Source: a virus | Taxonomy: Duplodnaviria > Caudoviricetes | Virus record (IMG/VR): IMGVR_UViG_3300010354_000326 | Coordinates: 1 to 32,590 of that record | Direction: 5' to 3' (one strand) | Length of the DNA stretch: 32,590 nucleotides | Shown: positions 7,337 through 17,500 of the stretch, one piece after another | Position numbering within the stretch: position 1 is the stretch's first letter | Layout of the letters: the number at the start of each line of letters is the position of its first letter | Translations under genes and position numbers: made by a program | The notes under the pieces: generated by a model | The model's database searches: none | Told to the model about the DNA's origin: nothing | Seen by the model: only the letters and a program-made list of their open reading frames with translations

Positions 7337-7837
7337 ATGAAAGCTCTGTCAGAAGACGATCAGGAAATCCTAGCCCTATGGCATAAAGGTCTGACCGGCG
7401 CACAGATCGCCAAGAAGACTTACAATACCCGCAATGCCATCATGGGGAAGCTATACCGCTGGCGACAGTCTGGGATCATAGACTACAAAAGCACCAAGAC
7501 CCGTGAAGCTGCAATCAAAGAGCAGGTCCGCATTGCTAACCGCAAGGAAGCCCTTGGCAAGGGGAAACCGCGCCATGTGGTACGGAAAGAGCTGCCCCTT
7601 ATTAACTTCCTAGACAATTTGCCGCCGCCCCCTCCTTTAACGGAGCCGGTAAAGTTCATGGCACTGACACGGGAGTCGTGCCGGTTTGTCATCAATAGTG
7701 GCAATGTCAAAGAATACTTGTTCTGCAACAAGCCTAGGCATGGCAATAGCCCTTATTGCGCAGACCATCATAAGCTTTGCTACGTGCCAATGTCAGCTGC
7801 CAAAAATAAGGCCAGCCGCAATGCTGCTACAGCTTAA
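7337..7837 (+). CDS. gcrA: GcrA-family cell-cycle regulator
   Basis: N-terminal LW..GLTGAQIA....TRNAIMGKLYR and C-terminal L...CRF......FC.......SPYCADH...Y. Confidence 0.9.
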   Translation: MKALSEDDQEILALWHKGLTGAQIAKKTYNTRNAIMGKLYRWRQSGIIDYKSTKTREAAIKEQVRIANRKEALGKGKPRHVVRKELPLINFLDNLPPPPPLTEPVKFMALTRESCRFVINSGNVKEYLFCNKPRHGNSPYCADHHKLCYVPMSAAKNKASRNAATA

Positions 7838-8021
7838 CCCTCCGATCCCAGTCGTTACTCCTGACGGCAAGGGTCTGGCACAAGTCCTAATTGACTACGG
7901 GCCTGAGCATGATCTGATCTGGGTCGTGTTCCAAGACAATGGCGAATGCTGGTCTTGGCGCAATCAGGATGTCCGGGCTGACAGCAATGTCACCATGGGG
8001 AGAAAGGTCCATGACAGATAA
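7821..8021 (+). CDS. Small conserved phage protein
   Basis: MLLQLNPPIPVVTPDGKGLA..LIDYGPEHDLIWVV...GECW.W.N; start at ATG 7821. Confidence 0.7.
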   Translation: MLLQLNPPIPVVTPDGKGLAQVLIDYGPEHDLIWVVFQDNGECWSWRNQDVRADSNVTMGRKVHDR

Positions 8022-8229
8022 GATCATATCCCGTGGCTGGCACCACACTTATGGCTGGCTAAGACGCCGTGAAGAAGACCGTGCATACGGCTTTTGTTAT
8101 GAAGACGGTGACGGTGATCTGGTCTATACGCCCAACCCGCGCCATAGGGATAAGGTCTATTTGGAATGCCGTGAAGATGCCAAGACTGGCGAACGCTATC
8201 TCTGTTTCTCAACTGAACTGATCAGGTGA
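8011..8229 (+). CDS. Hypothetical protein
   Basis: ATG 8011 with AAGG SD; fills the gap in the operon. Confidence 0.55.
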   Translation: MTDKIISRGWHHTYGWLRRREEDRAYGFCYEDGDGDLVYTPNPRHRDKVYLECREDAKTGERYLCFSTELIR

Positions 8230-8934
8230 ATGATGGAAATCACATTCAAAGCTACACGCGACCATCTTGGTGGCTATCCGCCTGTTCCGGCGAAGAAAGT
8301 CATCCCGCAATGGTACAAAGACCTACCAGCAGAGCTGCACCCTGTTACAGCTCAAGAAATGGTTATCAAGGGAAGCCGAACACCATTTAGCATCAAAAGG
8401 TGTATGCCTGTACTTGATTTCCTTACATCTGGCTATGTCATCCGCAATGAGACGGAACTAATGCTATCATGCAATGATGACATCAATCATTCTGTCTGGT
8501 GGTATTCAAATCTTAAAGATGCGGCTTCATATCACCCACATGATCAGTGTCCTATTCAAATCAAGGGTTCAAAAAAAAGCTACTTCAAAATTAGTACGGG
8601 TTATCGTGTGATTACCCCGCCGGGATACTCATGCCTTTTTTATCAATCGCCATACTTCTTTGAAGAAAGGTTCACTCTGTTCCCTGCCATTGTGGATACA
8701 GATGACTATGATGCAGAGGTTTTATTCCCCGGCTTTATCCATGAGCGCAAGGCTGACATCTTGATTGAAGCAGGAACGCCTTTGCTTTTTGTTTTTCCAT
8801 TCAAACGGGATGACTGGACCATCAAATTAGACCTAAACAAAGAAGATAATGGTAAAAAATTCAAATCAAAATTTGCTAATCATGTGAACAATGTATATCG
8901 CCGTTTTTTCCATAAAACAAAAAATTATGAATGA
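8230..8934 (+). CDS. Conserved phage protein, DUF6065/dUTPase-like beta fold
   Basis: P.PA...IP.WYK, IKRCMPVLD...GY, TPPGYSCLF, AIVDTD, IEAGTPL...FPFKRDDW. Confidence 0.6.
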   Translation: MMEITFKATRDHLGGYPPVPAKKVIPQWYKDLPAELHPVTAQEMVIKGSRTPFSIKRCMPVLDFLTSGYVIRNETELMLSCNDDINHSVWWYSNLKDAASYHPHDQCPIQIKGSKKSYFKISTGYRVITPPGYSCLFYQSPYFFEERFTLFPAIVDTDDYDAEVLFPGFIHERKADILIEAGTPLLFVFPFKRDDWTIKLDLNKEDNGKKFKSKFANHVNNVYRRFFHKTKNYE

Positions 8935-8944
8935 GGGTGTATAA

Positions 8945-9625
8945 ATGACAGTGCACCTTCTGTTTCCTGTAGCCGTTCAAGAGCTACAATACCACGACCC
9001 TCTCGGCATTAAGAATGCCCTTGAAAGCGTGATCCTTAATCACGTTGATGCGGATGGCAAATCGGATGAATCAACAGGTCATGTGACCATGCACCATGAA
9101 CCGGCACTATTGCCAGTTTTTGAACTGGCTACAAAAGCAGCCAAAGCTCTGGTAGAAAGCCATATGGTTGACTCGGAGTTGTTTGACTACAACGTGGTCA
9201 AGTCATGGATGAATATGCTCTCAGCCAGAGATACACCACAGCATAATCATGCTGATGCACACATCTCATTCTCATATTATGTGAACATCCCACCCAACAA
9301 AAATGCTCCGATCACGTTCTGCAACTACCCAGAACGATATGAACCATTTTCGTTTATGGCAAAAGTAAACAACGCATCTGAATGGAATCTCGTAAACTCG
9401 TATGCTTGGTCATTCCACCCGCAAGAAGGGACGATCTTTGCATTTCCGTCAAGGCTGTCACATTTTACACCACGCATGAGTGATGAAGATGAGCCCGGTA
9501 TCAAAACAGTAGATGACTTTCGTTCTCATAGAATTGTCATCGCTGGCGACATCCTTCTGACATACAAAGACACATCTGCAAAATCACTTGGCTTGCAGCC
9601 AATCAAGAACTGGAGAACATTCTAA
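8945..9625 (+). CDS. 2OG-Fe(II) oxygenase-like protein (TIGR02466 family)
   Basis: LFP, SW.N, HNHADAHISFSYYV, PQEG....FPS.L.H, R.VIAG. Confidence 0.82.
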   Translation: MTVHLLFPVAVQELQYHDPLGIKNALESVILNHVDADGKSDESTGHVTMHHEPALLPVFELATKAAKALVESHMVDSELFDYNVVKSWMNMLSARDTPQHNHADAHISFSYYVNIPPNKNAPITFCNYPERYEPFSFMAKVNNASEWNLVNSYAWSFHPQEGTIFAFPSRLSHFTPRMSDEDEPGIKTVDDFRSHRIVIAGDILLTYKDTSAKSLGLQPIKNWRTF

Positions 9626-10347
9626 TGACTAGCATCATGGTGGCTACCCCTATGTATGGCGGCATGTGCACTGGCCCATACGTCTTCAGTTTGCTTTGGC
9701 TCCGTGGGGTCTTAGAAGCTGAAAAGATCGACATGCACTATAGCTTCATTATGAATGAGGCGCTGATCCAGCGTGCTAGAAACAACCAAGTGCATATGTT
9801 CCTCAAAACAGACTGCACTCATTTGATGTTTATTGACGCTGACATTCGGTTCAACGGACCTGATGTCATCAGTATGCTGAAGGCAGACAAGGACATCATC
9901 TGCGGACTATACCCGTTAAAGCACATTGATTGGAACCGTGTTCATCAAGCGGCGAACAATGGTGTGCCAGCCGACCAGTTAGTGCATAACTCAACAAATG
10001 TTGTGGCAAATCTTCTTACTCCACAAACAACAGTGACCGTTGAAGAAGGCGTGCCATATGAAGTAAAAGACGCTGGCACGGGTTTTATGCTGATCAAGCG
10101 GCGTGTATTTGAGGAGCTTTCAGACAAGGTTCCATCATATATGAACAACACCCGTGATCTTGGTGGCGGCATTGCACCTATGGAGCGTATCAAAGAGTTC
10201 TTTGCCTGCCCAATTGACCCAGAGACAAATACTCTTCTAAGTGAGGATTACTATCTCTGTAACTTGTGGCGCAAGCATGGTGGTCAAGTCTTTGCCGCAC
10301 CATGGGTTCAACTTGGTCATATGGGTTCTTATACGTTTGAACGGTGA
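9625..10347 (+). CDS. GT-A fold glycosyltransferase (GT2-like)
   Basis: IMVATPMYGG, LIQRARN, THLMFIDADI (DxD), GTGFMLIKR.VF, LSEDY, L.H.G. Confidence 0.85.
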   Translation: MTSIMVATPMYGGMCTGPYVFSLLWLRGVLEAEKIDMHYSFIMNEALIQRARNNQVHMFLKTDCTHLMFIDADIRFNGPDVISMLKADKDIICGLYPLKHIDWNRVHQAANNGVPADQLVHNSTNVVANLLTPQTTVTVEEGVPYEVKDAGTGFMLIKRRVFEELSDKVPSYMNNTRDLGGGIAPMERIKEFFACPIDPETNTLLSEDYYLCNLWRKHGGQVFAAPWVQLGHMGSYTFER

Positions 10348-10350
10348 CGC

Positions 10351-11109
10351 ATGGTTCCGAATGTAATTCACTTCATATGGCTGACAGGACCTAAATCTAG
10401 GGAGTTCAGCTACTTCAATTACATGGCAGTCAAGGCAGCCAAAGAACGCACTGGCGCGGTGATTGTCATACATTGCAATGAACCCCCCAAAAATAACAAG
10501 TTTTGGGAGATGGCATTGCTATATGGGATTTGCAGACAAATTGATGTACCTACTCACGTAGGAGATACAGAGATTACCCATGTTCAGTATGCTTCTGACG
10601 TTATTCGTCTCCAACTGCTATATAAGTGGGGAGGCATTTATATTGACACGGATATGATCCTCACTAAACCACTTACCCCTCTTATGGGTAGGCCGCTGAC
10701 TATGGCTATTGAAAGCGTGAATGAAGATGGATCGCCTAAGTCAGTCGCAAATGGTGTAATACTAGCCGCGCCAAGATCGGAGTTCCTAAAGCTTATGTTG
10801 GACGCCACACCTATTGCTATGAAGAGTGATATCTGGGCAAACCATGCCGTTACTCTTCCTCTGGAGCTTTCTAAAGAATATCCAAACATGGTTCATCTTG
10901 AACCCAAAAAATCATTCTTTCCTTTTGACTTGGCAAAAAACTATCCTTTTGAGGAGGGAAAGCATCAAGAATACAGAGAGATGATGCAAGACGCATATGG
11001 CTTGCACATATACGAGACATTTTGGCGTGATCAACTTAAGCATATCACTGAGGATATGCTTAAGTCGTCTAGCTGCTTGTTTAGCAAGTTGTTCTTAGGT
11101 AATTCCTGA
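10351..11109 (+). CDS. GT32/OCH1-like DXD glycosyltransferase
   Basis: PNVIHFIW, SDVIRLQLLYKWGGIYIDTD, NGVI.A. Confidence 0.88.
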   Translation: MVPNVIHFIWLTGPKSREFSYFNYMAVKAAKERTGAVIVIHCNEPPKNNKFWEMALLYGICRQIDVPTHVGDTEITHVQYASDVIRLQLLYKWGGIYIDTDMILTKPLTPLMGRPLTMAIESVNEDGSPKSVANGVILAAPRSEFLKLMLDATPIAMKSDIWANHAVTLPLELSKEYPNMVHLEPKKSFFPFDLAKNYPFEEGKHQEYREMMQDAYGLHIYETFWRDQLKHITEDMLKSSSCLFSKLFLGNS

Positions 11110-11907
11110 ACCCGTCACGACAAAACTGTTGGCGGCGATACATACAATCGTCGCCAATCCATAGCCACCAAGAGTGCGGTTTCCAGTTTCGCCACCACCC
11201 GCCCTGACCATAGTAACACCAGCAGCCACTGTAATTGTCTGACTTGCGTTGCTGTTGTTGTAGATGTTCATCGTGCTGCCAGCAGAGAACACGCTGTTAG
11301 GAACAGTTACGCCACCCGTTGTTATGTTAATTAACTTGCCGTTGTCAGAAGCTTGCAGCGTATAGCCCGCAGCTTGGGAATTAATTGGCACGTTGCGAAG
11401 CATACCAATGGAATCGCTGATATAGCTTCCATCAAAGGTAAGGTTAGCTGAGCCTGTTAGGGAGCCGCTGTCATTGTAGATGACCTGTGTATTTGATCCG
11501 ACAGTGTTGCCAGAAACATCTATGGTGCGGATATTAGTTCCATCTGACCAAATCTGCGTGTTTTCACTACGCGCAACAATGACAGACGTACCACCACCGC
11601 CAGAGGCAAATGTCACGGTATAGGAGCCGCCGGTCGTGGTGTTTCTCACGATCCACTGACCGCCCTTGCCAGACGGAATGGTATAGGTGACATTAGCAGC
11701 CATGGAACCACTGACTGCAATAATCAGTGACCGATACTGGCTTGCCGTCAGAGTCGCATCGCCAGACGTAGCATTGAGACTTGTGACCCCGCCAAAGGCT
11801 TGGTCAATGATGTCCATGTCGCCATTTACGGGGACATCCCACGTATCCACGTAGTCGCCGTTTGCAGGCTTCTCAAGGACCTTGTTGGTTGTGTACGTGG
11901 AGGCCAT
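11095..11907 (-). CDS. Tail fibre base / virion structural protein
   Basis: MASTYT....LE.PA.G....TW....N...ID.A N-terminus, Ser/Thr/Gly-rich beta composition, and a C-terminal domain shared with the collagen fibre. Confidence 0.7.
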   Translation of the reverse strand: MASTYTTNKVLEKPANGDYVDTWDVPVNGDMDIIDQAFGGVTSLNATSGDATLTASQYRSLIIAVSGSMAANVTYTIPSGKGGQWIVRNTTTGGSYTVTFASGGGGTSVIVARSENTQIWSDGTNIRTIDVSGNTVGSNTQVIYNDSGSLTGSANLTFDGSYISDSIGMLRNVPINSQAAGYTLQASDNGKLINITTGGVTVPNSVFSAGSTMNIYNNSNASQTITVAAGVTMVRAGGGETGNRTLGGYGLATIVCIAANSFVVTGSGIT

Positions 11908-11909
11908 AG

Positions 11910-14537
11910 TTAACCCTCAAGATGGCGGTTGGCGACTTCCAGAGCTTGCGCCACACTGGTATCGGGCGTCTTTAGTAGCTCTTCAGTCTGATTGTTGATC
12001 CTCTTCTTGGCGCGGTCAACCTCTGCCACAAGCTTGTCAGAGACGCGACCGCCAGTCGCCCTGCCAGTGCGCGGTGGCTCTGGGAACAAGGGTTTCGGCT
12101 CTTCATATCCACTTTCACGTTCAATGAACGCAGGGACTGATGGAGCGCCTTTTGGCACATTAGGGGTCAGCTCAATTTGCTCGCCGGGACGGCGACCCGG
12201 AATAACAACGCCAGTGGGTTTAGGCGCAGTAGGAGCCCCCATCGTTTCACGGCGCAACTCACGGGCTCTTCCAATACGGCTGCCAAGCTGGCTAGCGGCT
12301 TCGCCAGCACCGGCACCAAGAATAGCCCCAGTTGCATAAGCAATCGGATGACCTGTTCCTGTCAACATTCCACCAGTGCCACCAAGGACCGCGCCAGTCC
12401 CTGCTCCAACCCAACGAGCCAAGGCAGGCGGGATATTACGCATGACGGCATCCATCATACGCTCATTAGCTTCCGCAGACCGCTCTGGGCGACGAGAGAT
12501 AGACTTGATCGCCTCCGATGTAATCCGCATCCGGCGGATTTCGTCAGCATCAAAAAGCTTTTCATATAGCTTTTTGTTTTGCGGTCGCAGCATGTTGTCA
12601 ATGTTGTTGGCGATATTGCGCATATCTCCACCAGCATTCACAACAGATGCACGCAGCTGATCACGGATTTCATTCATTGCAGGTGATCGCGCACCCAGCG
12701 CATTCTCCAGCTTGGCATATACAGAAGGACCAAGCTCTTTGTTTTTCATAATGCCTGCTTCAAGGATACCCTGAGCAATGCGCTGCGCTTCTGCCGGGTC
12801 AGGGATGCTTTTGTCTTTGAAAACATCCAGAGCTTTGCGGACAATGTTGTCTGCCTCTCCCTTGCCAAAGAACGTATTGACGTAGTTGCCCCAATACTTA
12901 TCGGCACCTTGCATCATGGCAAGGATTTTACCCGGCTCTCCAGAAAAGAGACCAGACTGCACGGCATCTTTCAGGTTGTTATCAAACCCCTGCCGAATAG
13001 CATCAATGGCACGCTTATCTGCCTCACTGCCGCGCACCCAAAGCTTGCCTAGTTCTTTTCTAACAGCCATCAAGCTTTCAGGGCTTACAGTTCCAGCGGG
13101 GGAATCGCCAATCTTTGGCATACGCCCCATCTGCATTTTATCGACCAGATACTCATAAGCCTTGATCGCCTGCGGATACGTTTCAGGCAAAGACTTGAGA
13201 TCAGTTGGGAGCCGATATTGGGTCAGCATCTCATCAACATGGCCCATAACCGTGCGGCCAACTTTGTCCTTGAACCAGCCGGGTTCAAGTTCAATGTCTT
13301 TGTAGATTTTTTTGCCAGCGCGTAATGCGTCCTGCTGCGCTTTGTACAAATTCTGCGCTATGACATTTGGCATAGTTGGCATCGCTGGCACTTCAGATGC
13401 CAGCTTTGACAGGATTTGGCTTTCTGCAAGTTCCGCCGCCTCCCTTACTTCTGGCAATTCACTGGCACCACGCTTTGGAATTTGACCAGTTACCTGCTGC
13501 CGTGTAGGAGCAGCAGCTCCCGCTTCCTTGATCAGTGCCTCTTGAGCAGCGGCGGCTGTAGCACCTTTTTGACGGAAAACTTCTGCCAGCTTTGGCTTCA
13601 GCAATTCAAGATCATCTACCGTCATGCGTCCTTCACGGATCGCAGGCCAGAACGCATCATCAATTGCTTTTTGCGCTTGAGGCGTCCATCCGCCACTGGA
13701 TGTCAAAGGTTCTGGCTGGGAGCGGAACTTGCCAACCAAAGATGATACCGCTTTCTGCATGATTGGAGCAGCTACCGCGCCAATCCCTGCTTCACGGATT
13801 GCTTGGTTAACATCCAAATTTTCCAAATAGCCAGAAAGTCCAGCAACGGTAGCGCCGGTTGTGGCAGCACCCGCAACTCTGCCAACGCTTTCTGCCGTTT
13901 TTGGGCTAAGCATTTGGCGGCCCAGAGCAGTTGCGCCAGCCTCAGCAATCTGCCCCGGCTTTGCCAACGGGCCGAGCGGGACGAACATGCTACCAACAAA
14001 ACCTGTTGTTGTGCCCAAAGCAGAAGCCACTGGGTTCAATCGTGACAATGCGGCTTCACGCTCTTTAACAGCCCGGAAGTCTTTCATATAGTCTTCACGC
14101 GCCGATGGAACTTGTGCCAATTGCTCTTTGAATTGTGGTGCAAGTCCCGGCTCTTTTTGACGGCGGAATCGCTCGCCAACCGTAGCCATGGCAGCGCGTT
14201 CTTCCGGCGTTACGTCTTCTTTACCGGCTGCATAACGGCGTCCCCATGCCTCAAGGTGGCTTGGCAATCCCATAAGTGCCGTGCCAATGGCTTGACGACC
14301 AAATGTTTCAACAGCCTGCGGGAAAGACGGCTCCCCAGCTGTTTCTACATCTTTTTGATACGCCTTTGTACCAGCACCCATAGCAACTACTGGCGGTTTC
14401 ATACCTTCAGCTCTGCCGGGACCGCCACTGGGGGCAGCCGATTCAAATACAGACGCTGCCGGTGCCTGTTGTACAGGACGGTCTTTTGGGGCTTCTTGGG
14501 GCGTTGCGCTTTCCCAAAGCTCTTCAGGTGTCGGCAT
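11910..14537 (-). CDS. Putative DNA ejection / internal virion protein
   Basis: 875 aa, Ala/Gly-rich helical with hydrophobic GxxxG stretches; position after the tail hub is as for P22 ejection genes. Confidence 0.65.
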   Translation of the reverse strand: MPTPEELWESATPQEAPKDRPVQQAPAASVFESAAPSGGPGRAEGMKPPVVAMGAGTKAYQKDVETAGEPSFPQAVETFGRQAIGTALMGLPSHLEAWGRRYAAGKEDVTPEERAAMATVGERFRRQKEPGLAPQFKEQLAQVPSAREDYMKDFRAVKEREAALSRLNPVASALGTTTGFVGSMFVPLGPLAKPGQIAEAGATALGRQMLSPKTAESVGRVAGAATTGATVAGLSGYLENLDVNQAIREAGIGAVAAPIMQKAVSSLVGKFRSQPEPLTSSGGWTPQAQKAIDDAFWPAIREGRMTVDDLELLKPKLAEVFRQKGATAAAAQEALIKEAGAAAPTRQQVTGQIPKRGASELPEVREAAELAESQILSKLASEVPAMPTMPNVIAQNLYKAQQDALRAGKKIYKDIELEPGWFKDKVGRTVMGHVDEMLTQYRLPTDLKSLPETYPQAIKAYEYLVDKMQMGRMPKIGDSPAGTVSPESLMAVRKELGKLWVRGSEADKRAIDAIRQGFDNNLKDAVQSGLFSGEPGKILAMMQGADKYWGNYVNTFFGKGEADNIVRKALDVFKDKSIPDPAEAQRIAQGILEAGIMKNKELGPSVYAKLENALGARSPAMNEIRDQLRASVVNAGGDMRNIANNIDNMLRPQNKKLYEKLFDADEIRRMRITSEAIKSISRRPERSAEANERMMDAVMRNIPPALARWVGAGTGAVLGGTGGMLTGTGHPIAYATGAILGAGAGEAASQLGSRIGRARELRRETMGAPTAPKPTGVVIPGRRPGEQIELTPNVPKGAPSVPAFIERESGYEEPKPLFPEPPRTGRATGGRVSDKLVAEVDRAKKRINNQTEELLKTPDTSVAQALEVANRHLEG

Positions 14538-17500
14538 TACTGACGCCCCTTCTTGAAGTAATAGTATTCAGCCTTGTTGGTTTCAGGATCAATGCGGCGA
14601 ACGATGCCAATGTTTCCCATATACCTGACTTCACCGACAGTCTCTGGATCAACGCTTTTTGGAATGAACTTGTATCGACGCATGGCCTCCCTTTCCTCAC
14701 TCTGGCTCATGCCGCGTGAGAATGGGATTTCAGAGTATGCCGCCGCCTTGAACGGCACGACATCAGTCTTTCCTTCATACTCATAGTTGAAGCCAACGGG
14801 ATCGCGGGACTTGCTGCCCATGAAGGCACGGTCACGGGAATGCACAAAGTCCATTTCACCAATCGTGCCACCAATGATGGAGAACAAGGCAGCCGGATCG
14901 CGTGACGGCTCTGGCACGGTCAGATTAGCTTCACGCAAGCTTGTAGCGGGTGCCCTAACCATGGAGCTATCAGCCACCTTCTTAAAGGCGGCTTCATACG
15001 CAAGCTTGATAGCCTTATCAAAGCTTCCAGTATCCCAGCCCTCTGGCAAAACACCTTCCAAGCCAAACCCTTTGGCCCAGCTTTGCAACTCTGCTTTCCA
15101 CGGGGCAGTGCGGTTTGCCATAAATTTGGAGAACAGATCAGCCAATTCAACAAACGACTGACGAGTTGTCTGGTACTGTTGCTGACGCTTCATCACTTCA
15201 GCGCGATAGTCTTTCAACTCCATCGACTTCATCTTGAGGTCTTCTTGATTGATCTCAAGCTGTTTTGCGATGCCAAGCTGATATTTCTCACCGATGCGCT
15301 TGTCCAATTCAGCCGCCGCTGTTGTCAATCGTGCCAACTCCGCTTCAGAGCCGGGAACTTCAGACCTACGCACTTCTTCAATGCGGTTTCTAACGGTCGT
15401 CAGCTCACGCTCAAGAGGACGCGGATCGTTAGTTCCGGTCAACCCAGCCGCAACATAGGCGCTATCGCCACCTTCTTTAATGCGGTTGATGAGCTGAGCC
15501 GGTCCCATTTCCAGCACATCTTGCGGTTTGTCAGTTCCAACGACAGACACGATCTGCTGTTGTTTCTGTTGAGTTTGATCAGGGGCAGCCGTTGTTGTCG
15601 CAGGCGCACCAGCCGTTGTCGCAGGGGTTTCCGCAGTCGTTGCCGGTGTTTGAGTAGTAGCTGATGGCTGCGCTTCTTGCGGCTGACGCTGCGCCTCAAC
15701 GGGTGTCAAAGGACGAGTTGGTGCACGCGGCACACCAAGATAAGACGGCGGAATGCCAAGGTCTCGTGCCATGCCACGCTTGCCATCGTTTACCTGCTCT
15801 GGGGTAAACCATGATTGTGACTTTTTATCCCAGAACCCGCGCTTACCGGCATTAGCACCGTAAGTTGCCGGATCACTTGGGATTTTACCTTCCACAAACC
15901 GCTCATCAAACATAGCTCGCAAATCGCGGGCCAGTTCCATCTGCTGCTTCTTCTCAGCTTGATAAGCAGACACGCCGCCCACCAAACCTTCACCAATTGC
16001 CGCGCCAAGGAACGGCGAGCGGGATGAAAGCATAGAGCCAAGGAAACCAAGAGCCGGAACCCAGAAGCTGGATTCAGTAGGAATGCCCTTTGGCAGCACT
16101 TCACCAGCAACATCCCCAAGAGAAGCCTGACGAGCGGGAACACCTGAATAAGTTTCCGGCAGCGACAGCCCATACCCCGGACGGCGTGCAGAACCAGAAG
16201 GAGGTGCTGCCATTTCTGGCACAGCCAATCCAGCTTCTTTGGCAAGAGTTTGAACACGATTAGACCAACCGCGCCCATACTTGCCATACGTTTCAGGGTC
16301 ACGCGCAATCAGGTCATTGTAATGCTGTTGGCGCAGGGCAAGCAGCTTTTCAGGATCACCTTCTGCCTGCTTCAGCAACTGTTGGGTGCGACCCACACCA
16401 AGATTGACAGCCGTGTCAAAGGCAACCTGTGCCATGCGCGGCTCCATCTTGTCCGCGCCAATCGGGTCCCAATAACGGGTCTTGTAGATGTTGGCAGTGT
16501 ACTCAGGGTCTTTGGCAACGCGGTCCAAATCCACATCTGGATTTGCACGGCTGCTAATGCCCTTCATTGTCGGGCCACCCGTATCAACGGTGTAGCCACC
16601 TTCAAATTGCAGAGTACGGCGCAGAGCATCATTAAAGTTGCCACGTGGCGCTTCTTCACGCACCGCCAGACCACGTTCTTGTTGTGGCGCAGGCTCTTCA
16701 CGGCGCTCAACAGGACGCTCAAACAGGCTTACTGGCGCGGTGTCAGTGCCGACTTCTTCGCCAGCTTGATGATGTTCACGCGGGACTAAGCCACCATAGG
16801 CATACGGATTGATTGCACCACCATGGGCGACAAAAAATGGCAATCCCGCCAAAAAGCTCCCCGCGCCGGATGCCATAGAATAAAGACCCTTACCTAGACC
16901 ATAAAGACCAGCAACGTCTTTGGCAGCTCCAAGAATGCCACTAGCGCCGCTTTGACCACCACCGCCGGGGCCACCCTTGGCAACCGCCAAGTCATTGGAC
17001 CGTTTGCCAGATTCCAACACGCCTTCAGCAAATCCAGATGAAGGGACACCAGCGGGGTTAACCTCGCCAGCGGGCATTTGCGTGTCTTCGTCCTCAACGC
17101 CGGGAATTACATCGCCGCCATCTTCATAAGCATGACGCGGAACAATCAAGCCGCCGGTCGCAGCGCCTTCAGCTGGCGTATTCCACCAATCTTTGGCTTG
17201 CTGGAAGACATTCTTGCCAGAAAGTTTGCCCTGACCACCAAGAAGACCTGATGCGCCCTCCGGGTCATCCTTTGTAGGAGCCGAGCCGACAAGAAGGCCC
17301 TTGCCCATCTGATAGGTTTGCTGTGCTTGCTTTCCAATATCCATGGCCTGAGACAAGCCAGCCTTTTGCGACTGAGAAGGCAGACCACCGGCAGTTGCCA
17401 GCTTACCCGGACCCTGCACTTTGCCGGGATCAATGTAAGACTGTGAGGCAAAAGGTGCGCCTTTACCAAGCGCCTGATCTTGACCATAAGCGCCAATCGG

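Noticed and set aside
11095-11395. DGR template/variable repeat pair with 31060-31355
   Set aside because: Both copies are coding, the differences are not adenine-specific, and no reverse transcriptase is present in the window.
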